DNA of 64,000 nucleotides from Mantamonas sphyraenae STR306 (Eukaryota > Protista > CRuMs). How positions within the stretch are numbered: position 1 is the stretch's first letter; every line of letters starts with the position of its first letter. Below are positions 47,808 to 60,134 of this stretch, in pieces. The translations under genes were made by a program, and so were the position numbers. The notes below the pieces were generated by a model. The model saw nothing but the letters and a program-made list of their open reading frames with translations, ran no database searches and was not told the origin of the DNA. The stretch spans positions 1 through 64,000 of the forward strand of contig JAPMXV010000021.1 of assembly GCA_026936335.1 (NCBI GenBank). Direction: 5' to 3'.

Positions 47808-50180
47808 TCACATCGTCCTCGTCTCACTGCGTCCCCCACTCGTGCTGGTAGAACTGGTGCTGTCGTCCCCATTGTCCACGGCATTCTTGTGAGCCTGCAC
47901 CATGCTGGCCTGGCGCACCATCTCCGTCACGGTTGCCTGGTCGTACGTGGGGTCGTCGTCATCGTCCATGGTCATCATGGTCAGCATGACAGACACCTGC
48001 GCAGAAACCTGGTTCACCTTTTCCTGCAACAAGAACAGACGGTCGGCCTCGCGCTTCTGCGGGCTGTCCTCGTCCGCCACACCCATCACCGACTTGCGCC
48101 TGTTCTTCTTCTCATCCTTGCTCGTGTCTTTGCCCAGCAGCTTGTTGGCCACCTTGGTGATGATGTTGTCCAGCTTCTCCTCGGGCGAGCGCTTCACCGC
48201 ACCCATCTTGGATTCCCTGTCCCGATTCTTCACCTTGTTGTACGCGTCGCTGATGATGGCCAGGAACATGTTCAGCAGGAAGAAGAACACCAGGATGATA
48301 AACACGAAAAAGAAGAGTGGGCCCATGATGCGAGACTCGTATTGCAGCTCAAAGAAGCCCGACGTGTCGCCCAGCATCATCTGCAGCAACACCCAGAACG
48401 TGTCGCCTGTGTTGTCAAAGTGGTTCACGTTGCGTCCAAACAGCAGCGAGCCTGCAGACGCAAAGCCATACATCACAATCAACACAATGAGCGTATGGTA
48501 CAGCAGATTCAGCGAGCTTGTGCCCAGCACACGGTACAGCAGCGACAGCCGCTTGTTCGTCTCAAAGTAGCGGAACAGCAGGAACCAGAACAGGAAGATG
48601 GTAATGGCCAGCAGCGTCACCTCCTGGTCCATGCGCTGCACATACGGACTGAACGAGACAAACGTCTCGCTGTCGATGTCCAGTTTCAAGTTGGCCACCT
48701 CCGACGCAAACGCAATGCGGTTCAGAATCACAATGAGAAACAGGGTGAGGTTGAACAGCTCCACAAGGCCCCAAAAGTCCACCAGGAAGCGCCAGCGCAG
48801 GCGGTGGATGGTGAACGCAATGCGGACAACAAAGTACAAGAAGAACGCAAGCACAAATCCCTCTGCCACCGCGTTGGCCTGTCCGCTGGCATACTGGTAG
48901 CGGAACACGGGCAGGATGTTGATGTTGAACGAGGGATAAACGCCGCCGTCGGCCAGGAACTCAAACAGCAGACGAACCACAGCAAACTCTTGCAGGTTGG
49001 CGTTGTACATCGTCCAGTCCAGAAACACCGCGCGTGTGTGCCTGTCCACAAAGCCCGACGTTTTGGCTTTTTGCAGCCAATCCGCCGTAATGGAGCGGTT
49101 GCGCGAAAAGTTGATGGAGAAGCCAGAGCCCGGCAGCAGCGGGTGGATGCGTCCCCACGTGTCGTACTCGGCGTTCTCTTCGTTCGACTTCCACTTGAAC
49201 GTCATGTTGCCCACGCCAAACGTATCCTGCAGGTCGTACTGTGGCTGCCACTGCGGGTAGCACTGTGTGGGCGAGCCCTTCAGCGCAGGGAACGTTTCGC
49301 ACGCCACGCTCTTTACACGCACCTGGCGCATGCGCACCACGCCCACAACCTTGGCGTACGTCATGAGCACATTGTCACGTGCATAGTCGCCCAGCTGAAG
49401 ATTGTTGGCTGGAAACAGGTTTTCCAACAGGGTGCCTTGCACATACGCCCAGAAATCAAACACTGTGGAGATGCCCAGCATGTCCTTGCGGAATGGAACC
49501 AGGTCTTTGGGCAGTTCGTTGGCCACAAACGCTGTTCGGATGTGCTCATTCCACTGCGCGGCCATGAATGGGTTGTGCTCAGTCGAAACAACTACGCGCC
49601 AAGAAACGTTATGCGGGCGCCCAACGCACACCCACACAGACACACACACACAGCGGTGTCAGCACATACACACGTCTCGCCACCCAATGTCCCTTGTGCC
49701 CACGTCATCGCCTCGTCACGTGCGTCGTACGTGCAGGCGCGGGGCGACTACCACGACGCACGGATGCGCAAAATCGCGAAAATCGAGGGTGAACCCGCAC
49801 ACCGGCAGCATGGACGCCATGTCTGTGTGGCTCCTGGCTGACAGAGAAAGAGAGAGAGAGAGAAAGAGAGAGAACGTACTGGCTGTGAGAAGCAGCAGAA
49901 AGGTGACATAGGCCACGACCTCAAACCAATAGGTCATGGAATGGAGCTTGCGGAGGCGTTCCTTGTCCTCCTCCTGTACGGCCTTGGCTTCTTCCGTGAG
50001 GTCATCGTCCACGCTCTTGTGTCTGTTGTGCATCTTGAGCAGTTGCATGGAGCGATGGCGCTTCGAGCGAGCGCTCTTGCTTTCGGCTGCACCCAGTGAG
50101 TCCATGTCGATGGACACCTCCTTCTTCTTTGGCTCCTCCGCCTTGTTGCGTCGGAAAATCGACGCACGTCTCGTGGACAT
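47808..50180 (-). CDS. PKD2: Polycystin-2-like TRP channel; exons 50180-49880, 49591-47808
   Basis: RMRQVRVK..C, DRHTRAVFLDWTMYNAN, six TM helices, LNMFLAIISDAY. Confidence 0.9.
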
Positions 50181-50260
50181 TGTATAAGGGTGGTGCAAGA
50201 GAAGGACTGTGTGGTTAGAAACCGGATGGGTGTTGTGGGGATGGTTTTGATTGGGATGGA

Positions 50261-53035
50261 TCACGCGTCTGAAAGCGATGCAATCGAAGACGCAGTCGAG
50301 AGCGACGGAACCACAATCGAACCGCGCGGTGTACGTGCCACGCTGTCCTCTTCGTCGTCCATGTCCTTCTCGTCCTTGTGCTCCACCTTTCTGGCAGGGC
50401 TCATGGCGGCACTCGGCGTCCCGTTTGCCGGCTCCTCCTCTTCGGCATCGCTGCTTTCAACACGCTCCACCGAGCCCGTTGTTGACGCCGTCGTTTGTTC
50501 ACCCACCTGCACACTGAGTGCCCTCTTTGCTTTGTTGCCGCCAGCACTACTGCCGCCGCCTCCGCCGCCGCTGGCATCTTTGCCTGCGTCGGCGTGCGCG
50601 TCGTCGCTTCGCTTGGGAGGTGTTGGGCTCGGTACCTGCCCAGCCACGCGACCGCGGTAAAAGTCACGAACGCGCGGGCTTGCCTTTGCCGACTTCTTGG
50701 TCTCTTTGACCCCTGACGAGTCTTTTCTGCGCCTGTCCTCGTCCGAAACCTCCACGTCCAGATGGGCCATGCTGCTCACCCGCGTCTCTGATGTCGCCTC
50801 TTTTGTGCTGGCAGCGTTGGAAGTAGCACGCGTGGGTGCACCGGATAGCAGTGCCGCCCCCTGTTTCGCCTTGCCGTTTGCTGGCGACGATTCGCTCGCT
50901 TCCGTGCGCTTCCGCACAACCATCGGCGATCGCTTGCTCCTCTTCTTGCCCGACTCGCTGCTTACATTCGCCGTCGTCTTGTTGCTCGGACCTTCTGTGC
51001 TGCTCTTGCCTTCATCTGTCTTGGACTCCTCCTTGGCCTTTTGCGTCTGCGTCTTTGCGTCGGCCTTCAACTGGGGCTTCTCGCTGTCCACGGGTTGGGT
51101 CACTGCGCCTCGGCCCGGAGACGGAAGGGACGATGTCGAGGCGACCAAAGGCGTGGCTTCCTCTGCCGCATTCTCGGGTTCCTCGTTCGTCGTCTGCTGT
51201 TGCCCCTTGTCCGTGTGCACGTCATCGTCCGCACTGCCACCCAGTTCACCACGCAACAATCCCATGCGCTTCTCCACCTTGCGTGTTGTGGCCCCGCTGC
51301 TGCTCTCCAGCGCACGCAGCTCCTGTTTCAGCTTCAGATTCGTCGTCTGCTCCTTGTGGATGCGTGTCTTGAGCTCACTGATTTCGTGTTTCAGCTCCCC
51401 AATCTGAGCTTCCATGCGCTTGTTGTTGCGCACCTGCTGGTTCAGCCTGTGCTTCAGGTTTGTCTCGTGTTCCTTCTGCTGCGCATCCATACTGCTGATC
51501 TTGCTTCTCAGCCGCTGCATCTGGTCCTCCTTCTGTGTGGCCAGCTTGGCCGTCAGCTCTGCATTCTGTGCCTTGGCTGCCTGCAGTTCCTTTTCCAGCA
51601 CCGTCACCTTGCGCGACAACCGCGTCTTGCCCTCCACCGCCGCCTTGATCTTTCGATTCTCCGCATGCACCGCCTTCTTCAGCAGCTGCGCCTCCTCCGC
51701 CAGTTTCTTGCGTGCTTGCTCTGCCTCTTGAAGTCGCTTGTTCTCCACATCCAGCTTGGCTTCCAGCTCCTTCATGTCGCTCTCCTGACTGCGCTTTGTG
51801 CGTTGCAACGCCTTGACCTTCTTTCGCATTTCAAACATCTCCTTCGCTTGCATGTCAAATGTGTTGCGAAAGTGGTCCATGCCCTCGCCGCTGGTCAGCT
51901 CCTCAATCTTCCCGCTGAGCTTGTTGTTCTGCCGCTGAATCTTCAGCTTCATCTGCAGTTCCCGTTCGTACTTGAAGCGATAGATTTGAAACAGCTCCTC
52001 GTTCTCCTGAGACCGCACCTGCTCCGCCGCAAGTAGCTCGGCGTACTCTCGGTTTGCCCGTTGCAGGTCCCTCTGGATGGCTGCCTGCCCTGCCCCCTGT
52101 GCGGTGTCCACAGGGCCACGTGCAAGCTGCATGTGCAGATCGCTCAGCATGCCATTGATCTGTTTCACATTGATCACATAGCGCTCATACACAGACGTCA
52201 CGTCAACCAGCTCCTGCACACGCATGGTGTCGTGCAGCGCTTCGCCCAATTTGGCATTGGCCGTTTTCAGCTTGTGCAGCTCCGGCAGCACCGATCCCGC
52301 CAGTTTCATGTCCAGCGTCTCGTAGAAGCCCCACCTCTTGCGTCTTTCTGCCAGCCCCGCGGTCATTTCATCCATCTGCTTCTTCCGTGGGCTGCTGTCG
52401 CCCTTGGAAGGCGATGTTGCCGTTGACGTTTCGTCCAAACTCTCCTCGTCCTGGCCTCCCTGCGCCGCGTCGTCGCCTTGTGTCTCTGTATTCTGTTCCG
52501 CCTCGGCAGCTGCCGTCTGCAGCTGGCTGCTCATGTCAGCGCTGATCACGTCGTGCAACTCGTGCTCCTCGAGCAGCTCCTTTTGCAGCTTGCCGTCGAC
52601 GGCTCGGCTGATCTTCCCCCGCAGCCGTTCCACGTGTGCCTCTGTCTCCACGATCTCTTCGTCAAGCAGGGCAATTTTGGCACGTGCGTCCTCCACATCG
52701 TCCTTGGCCGCCGTTTGGTTCATCTTTTTCCACTGAAGCACCTCGTGAAGCGAAGATTCCAGCGCCTGCTTCTCACGCTGCTCCTTTGTCAGCATCGAAC
52801 GCAGTTGCTTCACTTCTGCGTCCAACTCTGCCTCGTCCCGTGTCTTTTCCTTTTCTTTGTTCATCTTCCATGCACGCAGCTCCTCCAGCTCCTGCTGCTC
52901 CTCCGCCGTCAGTGTTTGTTCCCCTTCCTGGCCCTCATCCCGCTCCTGCTCGTTGTCACCATCCACCTTTCCCGTTGGTGTGCCCTGGTCTGCTTTGGGC
53001 TGTTGCGCCTCATCGTCGTCGTGGGCACTGGACAT
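50261..53035 (-). CDS. Long coiled-coil protein with disordered C-terminus, unknown function (alternative ATG at 53083)
   Basis: Intronless ORF, E/K/Q/L heptad-rich. Confidence 0.7.
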   Translation of the reverse strand: MSSAHDDDEAQQPKADQGTPTGKVDGDNEQERDEGQEGEQTLTAEEQQELEELRAWKMNKEKEKTRDEAELDAEVKQLRSMLTKEQREKQALESSLHEVLQWKKMNQTAAKDDVEDARAKIALLDEEIVETEAHVERLRGKISRAVDGKLQKELLEEHELHDVISADMSSQLQTAAAEAEQNTETQGDDAAQGGQDEESLDETSTATSPSKGDSSPRKKQMDEMTAGLAERRKRWGFYETLDMKLAGSVLPELHKLKTANAKLGEALHDTMRVQELVDVTSVYERYVINVKQINGMLSDLHMQLARGPVDTAQGAGQAAIQRDLQRANREYAELLAAEQVRSQENEELFQIYRFKYERELQMKLKIQRQNNKLSGKIEELTSGEGMDHFRNTFDMQAKEMFEMRKKVKALQRTKRSQESDMKELEAKLDVENKRLQEAEQARKKLAEEAQLLKKAVHAENRKIKAAVEGKTRLSRKVTVLEKELQAAKAQNAELTAKLATQKEDQMQRLRSKISSMDAQQKEHETNLKHRLNQQVRNNKRMEAQIGELKHEISELKTRIHKEQTTNLKLKQELRALESSSGATTRKVEKRMGLLRGELGGSADDDVHTDKGQQQTTNEEPENAAEEATPLVASTSSLPSPGRGAVTQPVDSEKPQLKADAKTQTQKAKEESKTDEGKSSTEGPSNKTTANVSSESGKKRSKRSPMVVRKRTEASESSPANGKAKQGAALLSGAPTRATSNAASTKEATSETRVSSMAHLDVEVSDEDRRRKDSSGVKETKKSAKASPRVRDFYRGRVAGQVPSPTPPKRSDDAHADAGKDASGGGGGGSSAGGNKAKRALSVQVGEQTTASTTGSVERVESSDAEEEEPANGTPSAAMSPARKVEHKDEKDMDDEEDSVARTPRGSIVVPSLSTASSIASLSDA

Positions 53036-53081
53036 GTGGGGCTGCCTGCAGGTTTGCGCTGGGTTGCGCAAGTCAAACGCC

Positions 53082-54862
53082 ATGGATCGTACGTGATGCC
53101 CGCCCTCTTGCACATGTCGTTACCTTGTCCGTGAACGACTGACACCTGCTGTTGTTGTGCCCCCAGCCGAACAAGCTCAGTTCCTCGGCGCTCGTTCGGA
53201 GCAGGAGTTCCGTGCAGTGCAGCAGGCTCTGCACGAGACCATGGCCGCGTATGCAGCGGCTCGGGGCAAGCCTGAAGGCTTCAGTGAGGACGATGACGTG
53301 GACATGGAGGTGAGTGCATGAGTGCAATGTGCCGTGCAGCTGCAAAGAGGAGGTTCAAACGCAACCGTTTTCGCGCCAACGGCCCGCTTGCTGATCAACA
53401 CCCACCGCCCCACACACAGGACTTTTACAACTTTCTCAACCAGATGGCTGACAAGGAGGCGGCGGCAGCAGAGGTGCAGAGCAACTCGGACGTGGATATC
53501 ATGTACCCGGACCCGGGATTCGTGGTCAAGGTGCGCGAGGAGAGCACGCAGCAAAAGGTGTTTCTCAACGTGTGCCAAAGCGCCAAGGTGGGCCAGCCAC
53601 GTGCATACAACCCCAACACGGGTGCCATCGACGAATCCTCCGTGCTCAACATCGGCAAAGCCCTGGAGCAGTCAAACAGCAGCGCAAACATCCGTGTACC
53701 CATCAGCCTGGGCCAACCCAAGCGCGAAACAGACAAGGGTAGGTGTGTGTGTGTGTGCCGCTTCCGGACGCGAGGTTGCATGGGCGAGGTGCTGGTGTGG
53801 TTTGGGAAAGTCCATGGGTGTGCCTGATGGACGATACGGTGGGATCAACTGACACGGGGCATCTCGGGTGCAGCTGGCAATCCCAGCACGGTGTTTGACG
53901 TGGTGTTCCACCCGGACACGTTGGCACAAGCCAACGAGAACCTGGACACCAAGTACTTTATCATGGAAATGGCGCTGGAGTGGATTGAGGAGAAGCACAA
54001 GATGAAACTGGGTCGCGATGCAAAGTTCCCGCACATGCGTTACAAGGGCAAGGGCGACCCTGAGCCACACCACATCCGCGTGCCCAAGCAGGCCAAGGTG
54101 CAGCTTGTGGACGAAGCACCCAAGGTGCAGGCTGTGCCAGGCCAGAGCAAAATCATGGAGATCTCCATGAACAACGGCGTGGCGAGCAGCAGCTCAAGCA
54201 GCAGCGGCAGCAGCGGCAGCAGCGGCAGCAGTGGGAGCAACATCTCCAACAACGACAAGGATGCAAAGGAGGCGGCCAGGCAGGTGGAGGAAGGCGACGA
54301 CAAGGACATGTTTGACGCCGAGTTTGTACAAAATCTGCAAGAACTGATGAGTGGAGGCGACGAGCAGCTGAGTGAGAGCGAACGTGCAGTGAGAGAGGCG
54401 GCCCAGGCTGCACAGGAGGCACGCAGGAAGCAGCGGGAGGAGGCAGAGGCGGTGAGACGTGCGCGAGAGCAGGCCGTGCGGCCACAGGTGCTTGTATTCG
54501 GGCAGAAGGAGGGAAGCAAGTATGTACAGGTGACGGATGAGCAGTTGACGGCACTACGGGAAGCTGGAGAGCAAGCGGTGGAGCAAGCGCGTCCGGAGCA
54601 GCTTCTTGTGCGCATCTCTGTGCCAGACATGGCCAGTGCAACCAGCATGGAGTTGAACATGTCGTCGGACGAGCTGGAGCTGGAGACAGATGCACAGGCG
54701 GGCAACTACTACCTGAAGATGACGTTGCCCTTTGCTGTGGACGAGAGCAAGGGTCGCGCAAAGTTTGACAAGCGCAAGCGACATGTGGACGTGTTTCTGC
54801 CCACCGTAGACAGGGCCACACTGTTGCACTTTACGAATGAGTACATGTGGGAGCTGGAGTGA
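53082..54862 (+). CDS. PIH1-family protein (PIH1D1/kintoun-like, PIH + CS domains); exons 53082-53088, 53167-53309, 53420-53738, 53874-54862
   Basis: PDPGFVVK, KVFLNVCQS, RVPISLG, VFDVVFHP, LPFAVD...AKFDK; all intron phases consistent. Confidence 0.85.
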
Positions 54863-54949
54863 CAGTGTGCGAGGGTGTGTTGCGAGTCGGACTGGGCGCC
54901 GAGTCGGCCATCCGAATCGGGAAAAAAACCACTCTCCAACCCAAGAAAC

Positions 54950-56919
54950 ATGTTTAGCCGAATCGCAAACAAGTCGCGTGGTGTCGTGTCATCGCAGAGT
55001 GCACTCGTGGGCATGTCCTCATCGGTGGTGCTGGACCCTCGTGGCCAGGTGAGTGGAGGGAAGGAAACCACAGCGCAAACACACGTTCCTGGTCCGATCC
55101 CAGACTCCCGCATTCGCCCATAGTCATCCCCATTCGTGTGAGGGATGGGCATGGGTGGACACAGCAGAGGCGACGCCGTTGCAGAGTGTGCGCAGTCTGC
55201 CAACTCGGACGCTGACATTGAACACGGGAAAATTAATTCTCCGGACGACACACGCCGTGTGCGCAGACGCGGGACCTCAACATCCACGAGTACCAGTCGC
55301 AGAACCTGATGAAGTCGTTTGGCGTCAATGTACCGCGAGGCAAGGCGGCCAAGACGCCCCAGGAGGCCAGGCAGGCTGCTGAGGAGCTTGCTGCTGAAGG
55401 TGAGCTTCCCCTCTCGAGGAGCGAGTCGGCGTGTTTGGGCCACGTGTGGTCCTGTGTTGCCCCTGTGCACGGCACACTGTTCCTTGCACCGTGTTTGTGA
55501 GCCGGAGTTTGGTTGGGTTCATTTGCCAGGCCAACATCCTTGTGCGAGTCCCCTCGTACTTGTGCGACGCGTGTGGTCCACTCGGGCCTGGTCCGTTGTC
55601 ATCGTCCGAATTTGCCGCGACGACCACAGCACGCAAACACACGTCATACTCACACACAGAGAGTGCACACACACGCACACACACACAGGCGTCCAGGATT
55701 TTGTCGTCAAGGCACAGGTGCTTGCAGGCGGCCGCGGCCTGGGCAAGTTCACGTCCGGGCTCGTGGGCGGAGTGCACATCACTCACGAGTAGGTTGCCCA
55801 AACCAAAGGACAAAGGACCCGCCGCCGGTCCTTTGTCATTACACACACCACACACACACACGCTGACGCATCACACTGCACCCTTTCCCATGTTGCAGCT
55901 TGGACGAGGTCGAGAGCCTGGCTGGACAGATGCTGGGCCAGACGCTTGTGACGAAGCAGACGGGAGCTGACGGCAAGCCGTGCAACGAGGTGTACCTGTG
56001 TGAGCGAAAGTACCTGCGCAAGGAGATGTACCTGTCGATGCTGCTGGACCGATCGCACTCGGGACCCGTGGTGGTTGCGTCGCCCAAGGGTGGTGTGGAC
56101 ATTGAGAACGTGGCGGCGACGACCCCGGAGCACATCCACACGTTTGCACTGGACATCAACGAGGGTCTGACGGACGCAGTGGCAGCAGACATTGCCAAGG
56201 TGCTGGGATTTGAGGACAAGATGGTGTCCAAGGCGTCCGAGCAGTTGCACGCTCTGTACACGATGTTTGAAAAGACGGACTGCACCATGTTGGAAATCAA
56301 CCCGTTTGCAGAGACCCCCGAGGGCGAAGTGCTGTGCATGGACGCCAAACTCAACTTTGACGACAACGCCGACTTCCGCCACAAGGACATCTTTGCCCTG
56401 CGTGACCGCTCGCAGGAGGACCCGCGTGAGGTCAAGGCCGCCGAGTTTGACCTGAACTACATCGGTTTGGACGGCAACATCGGATGCCTGGTCAACGGTG
56501 CCGGCCTGGCCATGGCCACCATGGACATCATCACCCACCATGGCGGCTCGCCGGCCAACTTTTTGGATGTGGGTGGAGGTGCCACGGACGAGCAGGTGAC
56601 CGAGGCGTTCCGCATCCTCAACGACGACCCCAACGTGCGTGCCATCTTTATCAACATCTTTGGAGGCATCATGCGCTGCGACATCATTGCCTTGGGCATC
56701 ATCAACGCGGCCACGGGCCTGGACCTGAAGAAGCCCATTGTGGCGCGTCTGCAGGGCACCAACTCGGACGAGGCAGCACGCCTCCTCGACGAGTCGGGCA
56801 TGCGCATCATTGCTGACAACGACCTCGACAGTGCCGCTAGCAAGGCTGTCAAGATCTCGGAAATCATCCAGAGCGCACAGACGTTGGAGATGGACGTCAG
56901 CTTCCAATTGCCGCTCTAA
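54950..56919 (+). CDS. Mitochondrial succinyl-CoA ligase beta subunit; exons 54950-55048, 55267-55399, 55689-55788, 55899-56919
   Basis: LNIHEYQS, KAQVLAGGRG, EINP, GNIGCLVNGAGLAMATMD, NIFGGIMRCD. Confidence 0.96.
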
Positions 56920-56970
56920 TCCGCGATGATGGGTGTTCGTCAATGCAATTTTTCTCACTCCCCTATTCGC

Positions 56971-58989
56971 TCACAGCTCACCAATCATCTCCAGCAGGCT
57001 CTCCAGCACGTAGGCCTGCGCCACCGTCTTGTTGGCCAAGGAGCGCCGTTGAGAGTCGCTGAGCTCTGGGGTGGCGCCATCACCGAGTTCAAACTCCACC
57101 AAACCCTCGCCACGTTCCGTCACATGCACGTGGTCGTCGTGCTCGTGATCGTGCGCGTGATCATGCGACTCTGGCTCCTCTGCTTGCGGCAGCTGCGAAA
57201 GGGTGCTCTCGTTGGCGTCGATGACCCGTCGCACAAGGCGTGCAAGTGGACGCAGAAAGGCCTCGTTGAGTTGGGAGCTGAAGCGAGCGTCGCGCAAGTG
57301 GGTGAGGTTTGTGTCTGCGTCACGCAGGGCGAGGTAGCGGATGACGTTGAGGGCGCAGGCGTACAGATCGGCATTCTCGAGGAGGAGAGCATTGTCTGCG
57401 TCGTCGGCGACCTGGAGAGTGTCCACCAGGAGGGTGGCCACGCGTTGGTTGTTGTGAAAGACGGCAGCGGCATTGTCGTCGCCGCGAAATGCTGCATCGA
57501 TGCCCTGCATGCACTTTTGCAGCATGAGAGCCTGCACACCCTGGAAGGGACAGTGTTGCACGAGGTGACTGGCACACGAGAGCACACTGGACCAGGTCAT
57601 GGCGGAAAACAGGGCTTCCAGGTGGCTGTATGCCTGCATGCGTGTGTCCTCGTCGCCATGCAGGCACATGAGATTGACCAGACCCTGCAAGAGGGAGAGC
57701 CACTCGGCTGCCCACGTGTCGATGCATCGACGTGTGTCCAACCCATGGCTGGCCAGATGCAACAGAGTGTTTGCCGATGCCTGTTGGCCCAGGGGGCCGT
57801 TGAACAGATGGGACACCAGCGGCATGAGCAGACGCAGCTTGTGGCTGGCCGTCAACATGGAGGGAAGCACAAGGCCGCCACGTCCACACTCGACCAGCAC
57901 AAAGGCACACATGCCTGCCATGTTCCAACCCGAACGACCGACACCACGCTGCGCTTGCTTCTCTGTGCGCCAATCGCTGCCTCCTTGTTGTTGCTGCTGT
58001 TGCTGCTGTTTGCCTGTGTCATTGCTGTCATCGTCATCGTCCGCAAGCACGAGTTCGCTGCCTGCCTCGCCGTAGAAGAAGCGTGGTGTGCGTTCCGCGT
58101 GCAGGACGTCAATCACACGCACTCCTGCCACGTGCAGGGCATCCACAATGGCTTCGCTCTGCTCCTGCAACACAGCGGCGGGTCCATTCGATTGGGCCGC
58201 CTCCGGTGCTACCAGCAGACACGCATCCAGCATGGCAAAGGCCAAACTTGCCACCGTGTGCACCTCCAACTGCACCAGCTCGTCTGTACGCCGTGCATCG
58301 GCCTCATATGCACCCGCCGTTGCCGCCACACTCTGCAACACACCCATGCCACATCCAAGCAACCAGCCACGTCGTTGTTGTGCGGTCAGCGTGCGACGCA
58401 CCTCGTCCTCTTCCTCCTTGGCAAAGCGCAACTCAAAGGCAGCGTCGTCGTCATTGTCCTCGTCATCATGCTCGTCTTCCACCTCGTCGTATTCGTTGTC
58501 CAGACTGCGGCTGTCTGCGAGTTGGTCCAGAGGCATGCACACGAGGCCTTGCACAGCCTGAAGGATGTCTGCCAGGAAGCGGGCACGCTTGCGCTGCACC
58601 TTGGCCAAGGCGCCGGCCACAGCGTCCAGTACAGCGCGCACCGTGCGTTTCTGACCCGACAGTGTGTCCCATGTCAGACCATGGAACAGGCGCAGCTGTG
58701 TTTCCAGCTGCAGCAGAGCCTCACGCGCGCTAATGCTGCTGCAGATGCGTGCCAGCAGGGTTGCTGCCGCCTCAAACAGGGCCTCGTCCTCCCCTGCGTC
58801 GTCGACGCCACTCAGAGCCGTTTCCAACTCGCCCATGAAGCCCACACAAGGCAGAATGAGCTCAAATCCAATGGCATCCATCACCGTGTCGTTGTCCAAC
58901 GTCGTCGAAACCTGCTCCAGGTACTTCCGACCCATCTCCCCGCCGTCCATTGCCTTTTCCAGCATTTCTGTCAGCGATTCCACACTCAT
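56971..58989 (-). CDS. Glomulin/ALF4/Ybp1-like HEAT-repeat protein
   Basis: DAIGFELI, SAREALL, C-terminal NADLYACALNVIRYLALRD resemble glomulin conserved blocks. Confidence 0.7.
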   Translation of the reverse strand: MSVESLTEMLEKAMDGGEMGRKYLEQVSTTLDNDTVMDAIGFELILPCVGFMGELETALSGVDDAGEDEALFEAAATLLARICSSISAREALLQLETQLRLFHGLTWDTLSGQKRTVRAVLDAVAGALAKVQRKRARFLADILQAVQGLVCMPLDQLADSRSLDNEYDEVEDEHDDEDNDDDAAFELRFAKEEEDEVRRTLTAQQRRGWLLGCGMGVLQSVAATAGAYEADARRTDELVQLEVHTVASLAFAMLDACLLVAPEAAQSNGPAAVLQEQSEAIVDALHVAGVRVIDVLHAERTPRFFYGEAGSELVLADDDDDSNDTGKQQQQQQQQGGSDWRTEKQAQRGVGRSGWNMAGMCAFVLVECGRGGLVLPSMLTASHKLRLLMPLVSHLFNGPLGQQASANTLLHLASHGLDTRRCIDTWAAEWLSLLQGLVNLMCLHGDEDTRMQAYSHLEALFSAMTWSSVLSCASHLVQHCPFQGVQALMLQKCMQGIDAAFRGDDNAAAVFHNNQRVATLLVDTLQVADDADNALLLENADLYACALNVIRYLALRDADTNLTHLRDARFSSQLNEAFLRPLARLVRRVIDANESTLSQLPQAEEPESHDHAHDHEHDDHVHVTERGEGLVEFELGDGATPELSDSQRRSLANKTVAQAYVLESLLEMIGEL

Positions 58990-59075
58990 TGTCACACGGT
59001 GTGCTGTGTGTGTGCTCTGTGGGGTATGGGTTGGCACAGCGTTCGCCGGTGCGTCCACGTCAATCTCACCTCCGC

Positions 59076-60086
59076 ATGCCACTCCTCGACTTTCTAGGCA
59101 ATCTCATGATTGCCTTTTCACCCGTGTTGGTGCCTTTCTTTCTGTTTGTGCGCAAGGAAAGCCACCTGGTGATCCAGATGGTCGTCAGTGCCTTCCTCTG
59201 GCTGCTGGGCTTCTTTCTCGCCGCTCTCTTCTGGGTCCTCATTCCAGACGCAGGTTCCGTGCCGGCCATCCTCTTTGCTGTCTTTTTCCAGGAGCTCTTT
59301 CGCTACTTTCTCTTTCGCATCTTCCTCCGTGCCCAGCGAGGCTTTGTCGAAGTCAGCGGTGCCCCCGGTGCTTCCATCGCTCGTTTCCGTCCCTACATGG
59401 ATCTCCACGTCACTCTGGGTACGTTGTGTCCTCCCCACGCATCGTTTCTATGCACCGCACACCCTCCCACCTGTGCGTGTGTGATTTTTCTCACCGAGTG
59501 CGCTGACACCCGTCTTGCCACACACAGCGTCCGGTTTGGGCATCGGCGGCGCCAGCGCGCTGATCAACTTTGCCGCCCCAGCTGCCTCTGTGTTTGGCCC
59601 TGGCGTTGCCTTTGCAGCTGGCTGTCCCATGTCCTTCATCCTCCTCTCTGGTATGTGATAGAACGTGTGTGTGTATGTGTGTGTGCGTATGTTTGCCACA
59701 GAGCTAACTCTGCGCACCCCTTGCACTCCTCATCTCAGCCTTGTGGACGTATCTCCTGGTGGTGATGCATGTGGCATGGACAACCATTGCTTATTCGTCA
59801 TCCTATGCACACACCCGCCAGGGTGCCCTTCGTATCTCGGTGGTGGCTGTCTCCCACCTGCTCTTTTCGTTCCTGGTAGGTTTCCACGGGTTTCTCCTCC
59901 CCGTCTGCGCATGCACTCACTCCCCGCTTGCCTCCCTTCCAATCTCAGTCTATGATGAACGATGACCCGACCATTCATTGTTCGGTAGGCATTTCCCTGG
60001 CCTTGGTGCTCACCCTGGTCACCTGCGCCGTCACCGTGCTCTTTCTGCGCCACCCCATGCGCATGGCCGTCCAAGCACGCCCGTAA
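59076..60086 (+). CDS. APH1: Gamma-secretase subunit APH-1; exons 59076-59418, 59528-59650, 59739-59875, 59949-60086
   Basis: G..MIAFSP, SAFLWLL, QELFRY, SGLG.G, GPG, MHVAW, SHLLFS. Confidence 0.9.
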
Positions 60087-60134
60087 TCTCTCCTTTGTAC
60101 ATATCCATAAACACCCCTCCCCGAATCCGTGTCA

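Noticed and set aside
47305-49875. (CA)n and (GA)n tracts and poly-Ser/Asp codon runs
   Set aside because: Ordinary intronic microsatellites and low-complexity coding tracts
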